A stretch of 64,000 nt of DNA from a virus, in the IMG/VR virus record IMGVR_UViG_3300033978_000477, positions 1 to 64,000 of that record, one strand, 5' to 3'. The position numbers and the translations under genes were made by a program. Shown here piece after piece: positions 39,623-47,095 of this stretch. Numbering within the stretch: position 1 is the stretch's first letter; every line of letters begins with the position of its first letter. The notes beneath the pieces are model-generated. The model worked only from the letters and a program-made list of their open reading frames with translations. It had not been told where the DNA came from and did not search any database.

Positions 39623-41056
39623 TCAGCGCGCTTCGACGTAGCGGAGCGGCTTGACGTTGTTGACCATCCAGGCCCCGACTGCGCGCTCTGCGTCGCGACG
39701 TTGCTCGGTGCCCTGGGTCTGGATGTACTTGGTCCAGCCCTGGGCGAAGTCGGCGCGGGACAAGTAGGACTCCTCGCGGCGCTCGTTGAAGAACGCGGTG
39801 GTCAGTCCCTCGATGTGGTGGTCGGTGCGGCCGGGGAGCACCGCCGAGAGTTCGCTGCTGCGGTCAGTCAGCAGCGCGCGCCAGAAGCCGGGGATGGCAT
39901 CTTCGAGGGGGACACCCGAGGGCACCTCGATTGCCTGCGCGCGCTTGGTGCCCCAAGCTTTGCAGAGTACCTCGATGGCCGCAGTGGCCGCGTCGACCAT
40001 GACTGCGACGTCGTCCAGAATCGCGCCGCGGTGGATGCGCGAGGCGCCGACGCCGTCAGCGACGTAGGTGGAGGCGTTGAGGCAGCGCAGGAGTTCGATG
40101 CCGCCGCCGCCGTCAAGGCGTCCGGTGCCGTTGTCCCGCGAGCGGAAGGACGCGAAGCCCTTGAACGCCTCGCCGACCGCTTGCTCTGCCACCGGGGTAG
40201 GGGTCCAGACCGAGGCGCGAAGCTCCCAGCCCGTCGTCGTGGGGTCGTACGCAGTGGCGCCGCGGGCATCGGCCGGCAGGGCGTCTACAAGCCGCGCCAG
40301 CGCTTCCGGGGCATCGGCGACACCGTAGGAAGGGGAGACCGCGGCGAAGATGTCCTGGAGCCCCTGAGCGGTGCGGGTGCGCAACTTGAAGCGCAGGTCA
40401 GGGCGGCGCTTCAGTTCGCGCACCATCACCTCGGCAATCGTCTCCTTGTCGTGGCGGACAGCCGCCATGTCGCGCTCGTCCTCCGGCTTGGCAAGCTCCT
40501 CGCTGACGCGCTCACGTAGACCAAGCAGGAACCCAAGGCAGGGGGACTGAAGGCGTCCGCAGATGCCGCGGAGCGCGGTCTCGGTCATGCGGAGGCCATT
40601 CATTGAAACGATGCCGTTGACGTGAACGCCGCGCGCCATGTCCGCCGCGCTCGTCTCAACGTCGACCCGCTTCTCAGCGCGAACCATCTCGATGATTTGG
40701 TGGGCCGCATCGCGGACCAGGGTCATCGCGTCGTGCTCTGCCTTGCGGGCGTTCTGAGTCTCGTAACCCTCGACCGCCATCCGGGTGCCAGTGGCGTAGA
40801 ACTGCTCCGCAGCGTTGACAGCGACGCCGCCAGCGATGAGCGCCGCCTGCTGTTGCTCGATGCGCTCCTTGGCGGCAACGTCGACCGTCTGCTCCGTCCA
40901 GGTGGAGTAGACCGGAGCGTCAACCACCGGAACGATCTGCGGGATACCGCCGCCTGCCTCGCGAACCATCGCGTCGGCGACGCTCATCGGGTCATCGGCG
41001 AGGGCAACGACCTTGGTGATGTCGTTCAGGGTGATGCTGTAGTGGGTCGCGTTCAT
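39623..41056 (-). CDS. DUF932-like protein
   Basis: AAVSPSY..D; F.SRD.G.G.......LLRCLNA; AGGAG RBS. Confidence 0.55.
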   Translation of the reverse strand: MNATHYSITLNDITKVVALADDPMSVADAMVREAGGGIPQIVPVVDAPVYSTWTEQTVDVAAKERIEQQQAALIAGGVAVNAAEQFYATGTRMAVEGYETQNARKAEHDAMTLVRDAAHQIIEMVRAEKRVDVETSAADMARGVHVNGIVSMNGLRMTETALRGICGRLQSPCLGFLLGLRERVSEELAKPEDERDMAAVRHDKETIAEVMVRELKRRPDLRFKLRTRTAQGLQDIFAAVSPSYGVADAPEALARLVDALPADARGATAYDPTTTGWELRASVWTPTPVAEQAVGEAFKGFASFRSRDNGTGRLDGGGGIELLRCLNASTYVADGVGASRIHRGAILDDVAVMVDAATAAIEVLCKAWGTKRAQAIEVPSGVPLEDAIPGFWRALLTDRSSELSAVLPGRTDHHIEGLTTAFFNERREESYLSRADFAQGWTKYIQTQGTEQRRDAERAVGAWMVNNVKPLRYVEAR

Positions 41057-41123
41057 GGGGGAATCTCCTATCCAGTTGTTTGGGTTGTGCGTCGCGTTGC
41101 AGCGCGCCGCGGGGTGTCGTTGT

Positions 41124-41279
41124 TCAGCGCCAGTACCCGGTGGCCTTCAGCGCGTCCTCGGCCGCGAAGTATTCGCGCCATGCCTTGTTCTGCGAAGACT
41201 TCGAGAGGTTCGCAGACTCGACGCGGCGGACGTTTGCTTGCGCTTTCTCGAACCGGCTCTTGATGTCGTCGTTGCTCAT
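41124..41279 (-). CDS. Small leaderless hypothetical protein (MSNDDIKSRF...)
   Basis: ATG begins 6 nt after a -10 box. Confidence 0.55.
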   Translation of the reverse strand: MSNDDIKSRFEKAQANVRRVESANLSKSSQNKAWREYFAAEDALKATGYWR

Positions 41280-41285
41280 GAGATT

Positions 41286-41314
41286 AACATACGCGCGCGG
41301 CAATCCGCGCGCAA
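41286..41314 (-). promoter_or_regulatory. Sigma70 promoter containing an inverted repeat
   Basis: TTGCGC-17 nt-TATGTT; GCGCGCGG-ATTG-CCGCGCGC palindrome overlapping the -35 and spacer. Confidence 0.6.
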
Positions 41315-41322
41315 GTGGATAA

Positions 41323-41356
41323 CGCAAAAAAAAGACCAGTGACGGTCTTTTCTGCG
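41323..41356 (-). terminator. Intrinsic terminator ending the type IV operon
   Basis: AAAAGACC-GTCACT-GGTCTTTTTTTT on the minus strand. Confidence 0.65.
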
Positions 41357-41371
41357 GGAAACGCGATGCTT

Positions 41372-41731
41372 TTAGTTGAGCATGTCGACGGCGTCGACAA
41401 CCTCGACGCCAGCCGCACGCGCCCTCGCGACCATGTCCGCAGTCCCGCGTCCACCAGGGAACGCGACTACGAGGTCGGGCTTCTCCCGCTCCAGCATCAG
41501 CGCGTTGCGGATGGGTCCTGCTGCCCGACCGTGCGTCTTCCAGTCGGCATGGTAGGCGACGCATTGGTGTCCGTTCTCCCGCGCCCAGCGGGCCGCCAGC
41601 GCGTCAGCGCCAGTGGCTCCGCCGTGGACGATGCGGAGGTCACCGTGGAACGCGTGTAGCGTGTTCAGCGTGTCTCTGACGCGGTGCCAGTCTGAGTAGT
41701 CGCGTCCGCCGCAAACGAGGATGGTGGTCAC
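41372..41731 (-). CDS. YspA/DUF2493-type SLOG nucleotide-binding protein
   Basis: ILVCGGRDY, IVHGGATGAD, ADW..HG.AAGP.RN..ML, VAFPGG.GTADM. Confidence 0.9.
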   Translation of the reverse strand: MTTILVCGGRDYSDWHRVRDTLNTLHAFHGDLRIVHGGATGADALAARWARENGHQCVAYHADWKTHGRAAGPIRNALMLEREKPDLVVAFPGGRGTADMVARARAAGVEVVDAVDMLN

Positions 41732-42477
41732 CGGTTCACGTCCCGTTCCCGCGCTGCAAGCGCGTCAGTCAACTCGTCCGAATAATACGCGCGCTCCCAC
41801 GCGCGTCGCCCATGCCCGGTCCCTCGGTCCCCTCCCAGCGACCCAACGCGGATGTAGTTCCGGTCGTACATGCCGCCTTGGGTGCATGCGTACGCGGGAT
41901 GCAACGGCAGCCCATGGGCATGAATGAACGGGAACACGTGAAGCGCCACCTTCCAGTGCCCGATTGGGGCGCAGGTGTTCTCCGTGGTGAGTCCGTAGTG
42001 CGCCGTTCGAAGGCGCCTGACCGCAGACTCTTGGGCGCGCACACCCGAGATGTGGCGCTTCCCGAACATGCGCTCGGCTTGCGCGAAACCCTCGGATGAC
42101 GTGAGCCCCTTCTTCGCGGTACGAGCCTCGACCTCGTGATAGTTGGCGGTCGGATGCATCGCGAGAAATGCGTCCCGAACCAAGACGCAATCTGGGTTCT
42201 CACGATCATCGACGCGCACCCAGACGAGAGGAACATGGATCCCGTGGGTCAACGCGATGTGCGCCGTCACCACGGAGTCCTTGCCCCAACTCACCCCGAG
42301 GTAACCGCGCCTGCCATCAGGGCCGGCATCAAGGAACGTTCGCATCTCGTGAGCTGCCTTGCGAGCAAGCACATCAAGAGTCGGCCGCATCCTCTTTGCC
42401 TCAAGCGCATCGGTGCGCTCATAGATGGCCCACTGCTCCAAATCGCGTGGCGTATGGCGCGGACTGGCTATCAGCAC
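41728..42477 (-). CDS. CysH-like (PAPS reductase family) protein of type IV-B locus
   Basis: PP-loop SWGKDS; G.RA.ES..RR; C.PI..W; adjacent to csf3. Confidence 0.85.
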   Translation of the reverse strand: MLIASPRHTPRDLEQWAIYERTDALEAKRMRPTLDVLARKAAHEMRTFLDAGPDGRRGYLGVSWGKDSVVTAHIALTHGIHVPLVWVRVDDRENPDCVLVRDAFLAMHPTANYHEVEARTAKKGLTSSEGFAQAERMFGKRHISGVRAQESAVRRLRTAHYGLTTENTCAPIGHWKVALHVFPFIHAHGLPLHPAYACTQGGMYDRNYIRVGSLGGDRGTGHGRRAWERAYYSDELTDALAARERDVNR

Positions 42478-43106
42478 GCAGTGGCCTCCTCACGATGTTT
42501 CTGCCAGTACGGAGGCGCCAGAACGCGCCGTTCGATGCGATGCTCTCCCAGTCCCTCCCAGTCGAGCGGAAGCGGTCTGAGTGGCCGCCCAGCGCGAAGA
42601 ACGGGGAAGCCCGGCCACGCTTCGATCGGCTCAACCACCCACCGATCCACACGGCCGAGACCGACGCCGCGCTTCTTCCCGAGGTGAGTGACGAGCGAGA
42701 GGATGTCCGTCACCGCGTCGATGTCCCCGATGGCATAGAACGTCATCAGATCGCCATGCAGGTGCAGAGTCTCGGCGGGGATGCGGAAGCCCTTGGACAG
42801 GCCGCCCTTTGGGTTGACGCTCATCTTGGTCTTCCCGAGCATCTGCGCCTCCAGCATCGGGAAGCGCTTGTTGATGAACCGCTTCTCGTGCAGCTCGACA
42901 CTGAACTGCCCCGTCGACGCGAGGTAGATGCCGCGCTCTCGCGAGATGGGGATCTGAATGTCAACGAGAGGACCGAACCCCGGAGGGGGGAGCGCGTCGC
43001 GCACGGCAATGGCTGCCATGAGCAACGCGTCCAGTGCAATGCTCGCATGAGGAAGCATCACGGAACCGCGCAGGTGTGCGCGAGCGACGAAGGGACCCAT
43101 GGTCAC
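42471..43106 (-). CDS. csf3: Type IV Cas5-family subunit Csf3
   Basis: I.LDALL, IP......IY.AS, FYAIGD...V..IL..VTHLGKKR..G.G.V..W, RPLP, PPYW. Confidence 0.85.
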   Translation of the reverse strand: MTMGPFVARAHLRGSVMLPHASIALDALLMAAIAVRDALPPPGFGPLVDIQIPISRERGIYLASTGQFSVELHEKRFINKRFPMLEAQMLGKTKMSVNPKGGLSKGFRIPAETLHLHGDLMTFYAIGDIDAVTDILSLVTHLGKKRGVGLGRVDRWVVEPIEAWPGFPVLRAGRPLRPLPLDWEGLGEHRIERRVLAPPYWQKHREEATAC

Positions 43107-44110
43107 GCGTCCACCTCGGACAGAAACTTGGCGACCTTCTCTTTCCGCTCGCTCACATGCGAGAAGAAGAGGGAGCCGATCTTCGGCGCCAACGCTCCAA
43201 CGTCCAGGTTCTCCGGCGCCTCACGAGGGCGACGAACCGCGATCTGCTTTGCGATGATCGGACGGATGCGCCCGTGCCCGGTCGCGCGTTTCCCCCCGAC
43301 GCGAGCATCGCGAAGGAAGGCGCCAACCATCGTGTTGAACGTGTCCCGCTCAAGCTCCGTGTGGACCGTCGCAGTGACCGACCAGTAGAACAGTGCGCCG
43401 GAGACAACGGTCTCATGGTTGCGAGGAAGCATCGTGCTCTTGGACGAGTCCGCAATGACGACGTCGCCGACTTCCTTCCCGTGTTCGGACGCAAGCAGTC
43501 GCCGCTCGATGCTCAGCCCTCCGTCCGTCAGAAGCTTGCGCTTCCCAGGGTCCAGGCTCGGGTCCATGCGAACGCGCATCACCTCTTCGACGTGACCGCG
43601 TGCAGATGAGAGTTTGACCCCGTGCTCCTTCAGCCATTCGTTGACCCACTCCGGCATCCGGTGGGCAGTCTCGTCGCAGATCAAGTCCGCCGCATCCACT
43701 TGGACCTTCCCAGGGATCGCGCGGTTCTGGGCGCAGCCTCCGAGGAGTCCTAGGGGAGGGCAGAGATCGATCATGACAGAGTAGTCCGACAACTTCACGG
43801 ACCCTTCCTGCGAGCCAGATATCATCCCGCCAGCGAAGAGAAGTCGCAGAGCGGCCTCGCCAAGCGCGGGGTTTTCCAGCATCCCGGCCGCATCAAGAAG
43901 CGCGTAAGCGCCGGCCTCGCGCAGACCGTGGCGCATCGTGTCTCCGGTGATGATCGGTACATGTGCAAAGGAGCCATCGGGCAGACGGCGCTTCTCGCGC
44001 ATCACGAGAGACGTGTTGCCGATGCTCTCCGATGCATGGGCAATTGGCGTAAGGGCCTCAAGGATGAAATCGTAACGAACCACTTCGTGAACCTTCTTCG
44101 TCTCGCTCAT
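43103..44110 (-). CDS. csf2: Type IV Cas7-family backbone Csf2
   Basis: A.TPIAH, VPIITGDTMRHGLR, LLF.GG, P.LGLLGG, G-rich GGKRATGHG; ATG at 44110. Confidence 0.9.
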   Translation of the reverse strand: MSETKKVHEVVRYDFILEALTPIAHASESIGNTSLVMREKRRLPDGSFAHVPIITGDTMRHGLREAGAYALLDAAGMLENPALGEAALRLLFAGGMISGSQEGSVKLSDYSVMIDLCPPLGLLGGCAQNRAIPGKVQVDAADLICDETAHRMPEWVNEWLKEHGVKLSSARGHVEEVMRVRMDPSLDPGKRKLLTDGGLSIERRLLASEHGKEVGDVVIADSSKSTMLPRNHETVVSGALFYWSVTATVHTELERDTFNTMVGAFLRDARVGGKRATGHGRIRPIIAKQIAVRRPREAPENLDVGALAPKIGSLFFSHVSERKEKVAKFLSEVDA

Positions 44111-44493
44111 TGTGCCGCTTCCTCTCGTGCTGCCTGGGCAGCTTCCTTGCGTTGTTCGGCGATGCCACGGGCCATCGCAATCAGGTAGCCAAACTCCCTT
44201 TCGATCAAGTCGAGCCATGCGCGGGAGCAGTTGTTCTCTCGGACGAAGTCCGCGAGATCACGAGAAGAGCGAGAGCTGTCCACTCGCAGCGCCCCCAACT
44301 GAAGCGTTCGAACCATCTTGGTCGTCCACTCCTCTACCGATTCGCTCTGCCGAGATGCCGCCAGCATCCGGCTCTGCAACTGATCCCAGTGCTTCAGGAC
44401 GTTGCACCCAGGCGTCCCCAGGTACGCGCTCCGAAGCTCCAGCAGAAGCTCCACTGTCAGCGTCCGCAGACGCTCTTTCTTTTCCTCGTTCAC
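44107..44493 (-). CDS. cas11: Type IV-B small subunit (Cas11-like)
   Basis: 128 aa all-helical; W..L..R...A.......EW; GTG with AAGGGA RBS; located between csf1 and csf2. Confidence 0.7.
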   Translation of the reverse strand: MNEEKKERLRTLTVELLLELRSAYLGTPGCNVLKHWDQLQSRMLAASRQSESVEEWTTKMVRTLQLGALRVDSSRSSRDLADFVRENNCSRAWLDLIEREFGYLIAMARGIAEQRKEAAQAAREEAAQ

Positions 44494-45268
44494 GTTTCGG
44501 TCCCTTCTTCTTGGTCGGCCCATCAGCCTTCGATTTCGTCGTCTTCGCCGCGGCCTTCTTTGCCGCCTTCTCTTGTTTCTCCGCTTCCATCCTTTCGGCC
44601 ACTGCGGCCTCGTCACGTTGCGCCAGCCAGATGGCCAACTCAAACCACTGCCCACCACGCCTAAAGCCGTGCTTGGTCTCGAACGCGTGAAGCTTCGCCC
44701 CGCACAACTGCCACGCGCGCGAGCCGAGAGCCCCAGACAGAATCTCCTCCTTCGTTGCGCCCATCGTCAGCAGATCGGCGATGTCGTCCAGCATTGACCA
44801 GCCTTCAGCATCGCGAGGCAACTCGACGATGGCCTCCTCGAACAGGACCGCACCACCGGCCTGTCCAGGCGCGTTGATGGGGGTCCACGGGATCAGGTGC
44901 TTCTTGCCGCTGTCCGCGATGGCGGCGAACCATGGGGCCTCGTGGGTGCGGCGAATGAAGTCTCGGATGGCTGGCTTCTGCCCCTTGTTCACGCGGACGT
45001 GAGAGGAGCCTTCCACCAGGTGCGTCCACATGCGCTCAGTGTCGGGAGGTTTGCCGGCCATGACGTGGACACATGACTCGCAGACGTAGCCGCTCTCTGC
45101 GCAGCGGACGCGGTTCTGGCCTGTAAAGTTTGCGCCGGCCCACTTGTGACGCTCCACCCCTCGCGTCGCGTCACCGCCGCAAACCCAACAATGGAACGCT
45201 TCCATGTCTCGGCACATGGCGTTTGGCTTGAGCCCGAGAATCTTGTGGATGATCTGGCTAGGGCTCAC
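44258..45268 (-). CDS. csf1: Type IV large subunit Csf1 (Cas8-like)
   Basis: CWVCG...NFT......S.YVCESC; PWF..IA.SG.KH..P. Confidence 0.85.
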   Translation of the reverse strand: MSPSQIIHKILGLKPNAMCRDMEAFHCWVCGGDATRGVERHKWAGANFTGQNRVRCAESGYVCESCVHVMAGKPPDTERMWTHLVEGSSHVRVNKGQKPAIRDFIRRTHEAPWFAAIADSGKKHLIPWTPINAPGQAGGAVLFEEAIVELPRDAEGWSMLDDIADLLTMGATKEEILSGALGSRAWQLCGAKLHAFETKHGFRRGGQWFELAIWLAQRDEAAVAERMEAEKQEKAAKKAAAKTTKSKADGPTKKKGPKRERGKERASADADSGASAGASERVPGDAWVQRPEALGSVAEPDAGGISAERIGRGVDDQDGSNASVGGAASGQLSLFS

Positions 45269-46203
45269 GGAACCTCCGAGACACGAATGCGCCCAAAGCC
45301 AAACGCGGTGCGCCCTCCAAAGCCGGTACGTGCTGCGACTTCAAGAAGCCACCGGGCTGGAGCGTTTGCCTCGACCACGCAATGCCCCTCCCAGCCTGAA
45401 ACGGTGCCGTACTTGCCGCCGACCTCTACCCTGGCGACCCTCGTATCGACCTCAGACGCTTCGACGCGGATCAGGTCGTCCGTCTTCAGGTGTTCGAGAG
45501 AGAAACGCTGAAGCCAAGCTCCGGCGAGTGTGTTGAGCAGCGCGACTGATGTTGGCTTCTCGTGGCTCTTGGTGCGCCCATCCGTTGTCATGACGACAGG
45601 GGTGATGGTGTCGATACGGACGCGCTTCCTGCCCCTAGCAATGCCGCGCGGCGCCTTGATTCGGAAGGCCTGTCCAAACTTGAACTTCGATGGATGCCCG
45701 TACAGTGGACAGTCGACAGTCTTGCCGGCCAATGAGGCGCCAGCATCGTGCCACCAGTGGACCGCCCAACCGCTCTGATACGGGAACAGCGTCCACAACG
45801 GAAAGCGAGGCATGTGCCCCATGTCGAGGATGTTGGTCAGTGCGCCATGAAGGCCCCGGGTGTTTCGCAACTCAATGGGCCACTTTGGCGACGGGTAGAC
45901 ACTGAAGGCCATTGATGCGCCCGGCAGGTACGTGTCGAACGGAGGGGCGCCAGCAAGCCATGGTTTGCGGGTGGAGCAGGCTCGGTTTGCCTCTGCCCAC
46001 TTGCGGTTCCGCTCCCTGTCCTTCTCGACGTAGGAAGGCGATGCTCTCCGTGCACGGTCCCGCTCCCGCTCCCGTTCCTTCCTGCACTCTTCAGAGCAGA
46101 ACTGCGTCATCCAAGGGTTGGCCGTTTGGTACACCGACCGGCAACGTTTGCACTCTGCTTCGTACCGCTCACGCTCTGCTGCGTTCATCAACTCACACCT
46201 CAC
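45265..46203 (-). CDS. cas6: Cas6-family RNA endonuclease with N-terminal C4 zinc finger and basic helix
   Basis: C-terminal G-loop GFGGRTAFGFG, TITPV strand, GW.G; N-terminal CKRC...FCSEEC-RKERERERDRARR. Confidence 0.8.
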   Translation of the reverse strand: MRCELMNAAERERYEAECKRCRSVYQTANPWMTQFCSEECRKERERERDRARRASPSYVEKDRERNRKWAEANRACSTRKPWLAGAPPFDTYLPGASMAFSVYPSPKWPIELRNTRGLHGALTNILDMGHMPRFPLWTLFPYQSGWAVHWWHDAGASLAGKTVDCPLYGHPSKFKFGQAFRIKAPRGIARGRKRVRIDTITPVVMTTDGRTKSHEKPTSVALLNTLAGAWLQRFSLEHLKTDDLIRVEASEVDTRVARVEVGGKYGTVSGWEGHCVVEANAPARWLLEVAARTGFGGRTAFGFGRIRVSEVP

Positions 46204-46559
46204 CCATTCCGATGCGACCGCGTCTCGTTGTAGGCGCTCTTGATCAGCACCGCGCGACCGATGTCGACGCCGTTCTCCTCTGCGGTGTCGAGCGCACGGA
46301 TGATGATGTCAGCCAGCTCCTCTTCCATGCAGGTGAGGGGCTCAGCCGTCTTCTTGTCGCACGGCTTGTCCAGCATCCCGCGCCGGTAGGCCTCCCAGAG
46401 TTCGGAGACCTCGCCGTGCAGGTTTGCGACCGAGACAGCCATGGGCACCGGTTCGTCGTGGAAGCCTTTCGACCTGGCGATGCCGTAGACGTGGTTGGCA
46501 AGTGAGCGCAGCGAGTCCGCGATGCGCCGGCCTTCGCCGCTGTCTATGTATAGAGTCAT
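46200..46559 (-). CDS. MazG-like NTP pyrophosphohydrolase
   Basis: A..KGF, LHGEVSE..EA.R, EEELAD..IR.LD, K..YN.TR. Confidence 0.85.
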   Translation of the reverse strand: MTLYIDSGEGRRIADSLRSLANHVYGIARSKGFHDEPVPMAVSVANLHGEVSELWEAYRRGMLDKPCDKKTAEPLTCMEEELADIIIRALDTAEENGVDIGRAVLIKSAYNETRSHRNG

Positions 46560-46939
46560 CACATCCCCTCCGTCTTCTTCACCGGCCCCGTCTCCACCAT
46601 CGCCATCAGGTCCGCAGGTAACGTTCGGTACTCCACCGCCGTCCCGCGACTGTTCGCCGTATCGACCCCGAGCGCCATCCCGCTGCTGATGCCGAAGTCC
46701 GTGTAGACCGCCACCAGATCGCACTTGTTGCCCCAGGCAAAGCCCGCGCTGATGCCGAGCGTTCGGTGTTCCTTGTTCGTGTCGTCCAGCAGTTGTGTGT
46801 AGAGCAAGTGCGAAGCCATCGGGGCTTCATTGCGTCGCTCAATGCTGTCGAGGCAGCATAGCCGCGCGTAGTTGATGTTCTGCTCGAACGTCCTGCCGTT
46901 GGCTGGACTCAGCGGACTCTCAATGACCACTAGCTTCAT
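46559..46939 (-). CDS. Nucleoside deoxyribosyltransferase-like fold protein
   Basis: VVIESP, N..YAR.C..DS...EAP.ASHLLY.Q, VYTD.GIS.GM. Confidence 0.65.
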   Translation of the reverse strand: MKLVVIESPLSPANGRTFEQNINYARLCCLDSIERRNEAPMASHLLYTQLLDDTNKEHRTLGISAGFAWGNKCDLVAVYTDFGISSGMALGVDTANSRGTAVEYRTLPADLMAMVETGPVKKTEGM

Positions 46940-47091
46940 GACTTCTTGAACTCCTTCTCCTGATGCCGCTTCCTTGCCCCAGCAATGCGGCACTTCTTCG
47001 ACTTTGCATGACGGTGCAGCGGCCGATGTGTCCCGACCGCATGCACCACCAACGCGCCACAATTGGCGCAGCGAGCGACGTAGCCGCTCAC
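46936..47091 (-). CDS. Small basic Cys/His protein
   Basis: MSGYVARCANCG...H....C; fills the gap and is coupled to the next gene. Confidence 0.45.
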   Translation of the reverse strand: MSGYVARCANCGALVVHAVGTHRPLHRHAKSKKCRIAGARKRHQEKEFKKS

Positions 47092-47095
47092 CAGT

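Noticed and set aside
41728-42477. cysH as a sulfur-metabolism auxiliary gene
   Set aside because: It is divergent and coupled to csf3, the standard IV-B context, with no other cys genes nearby
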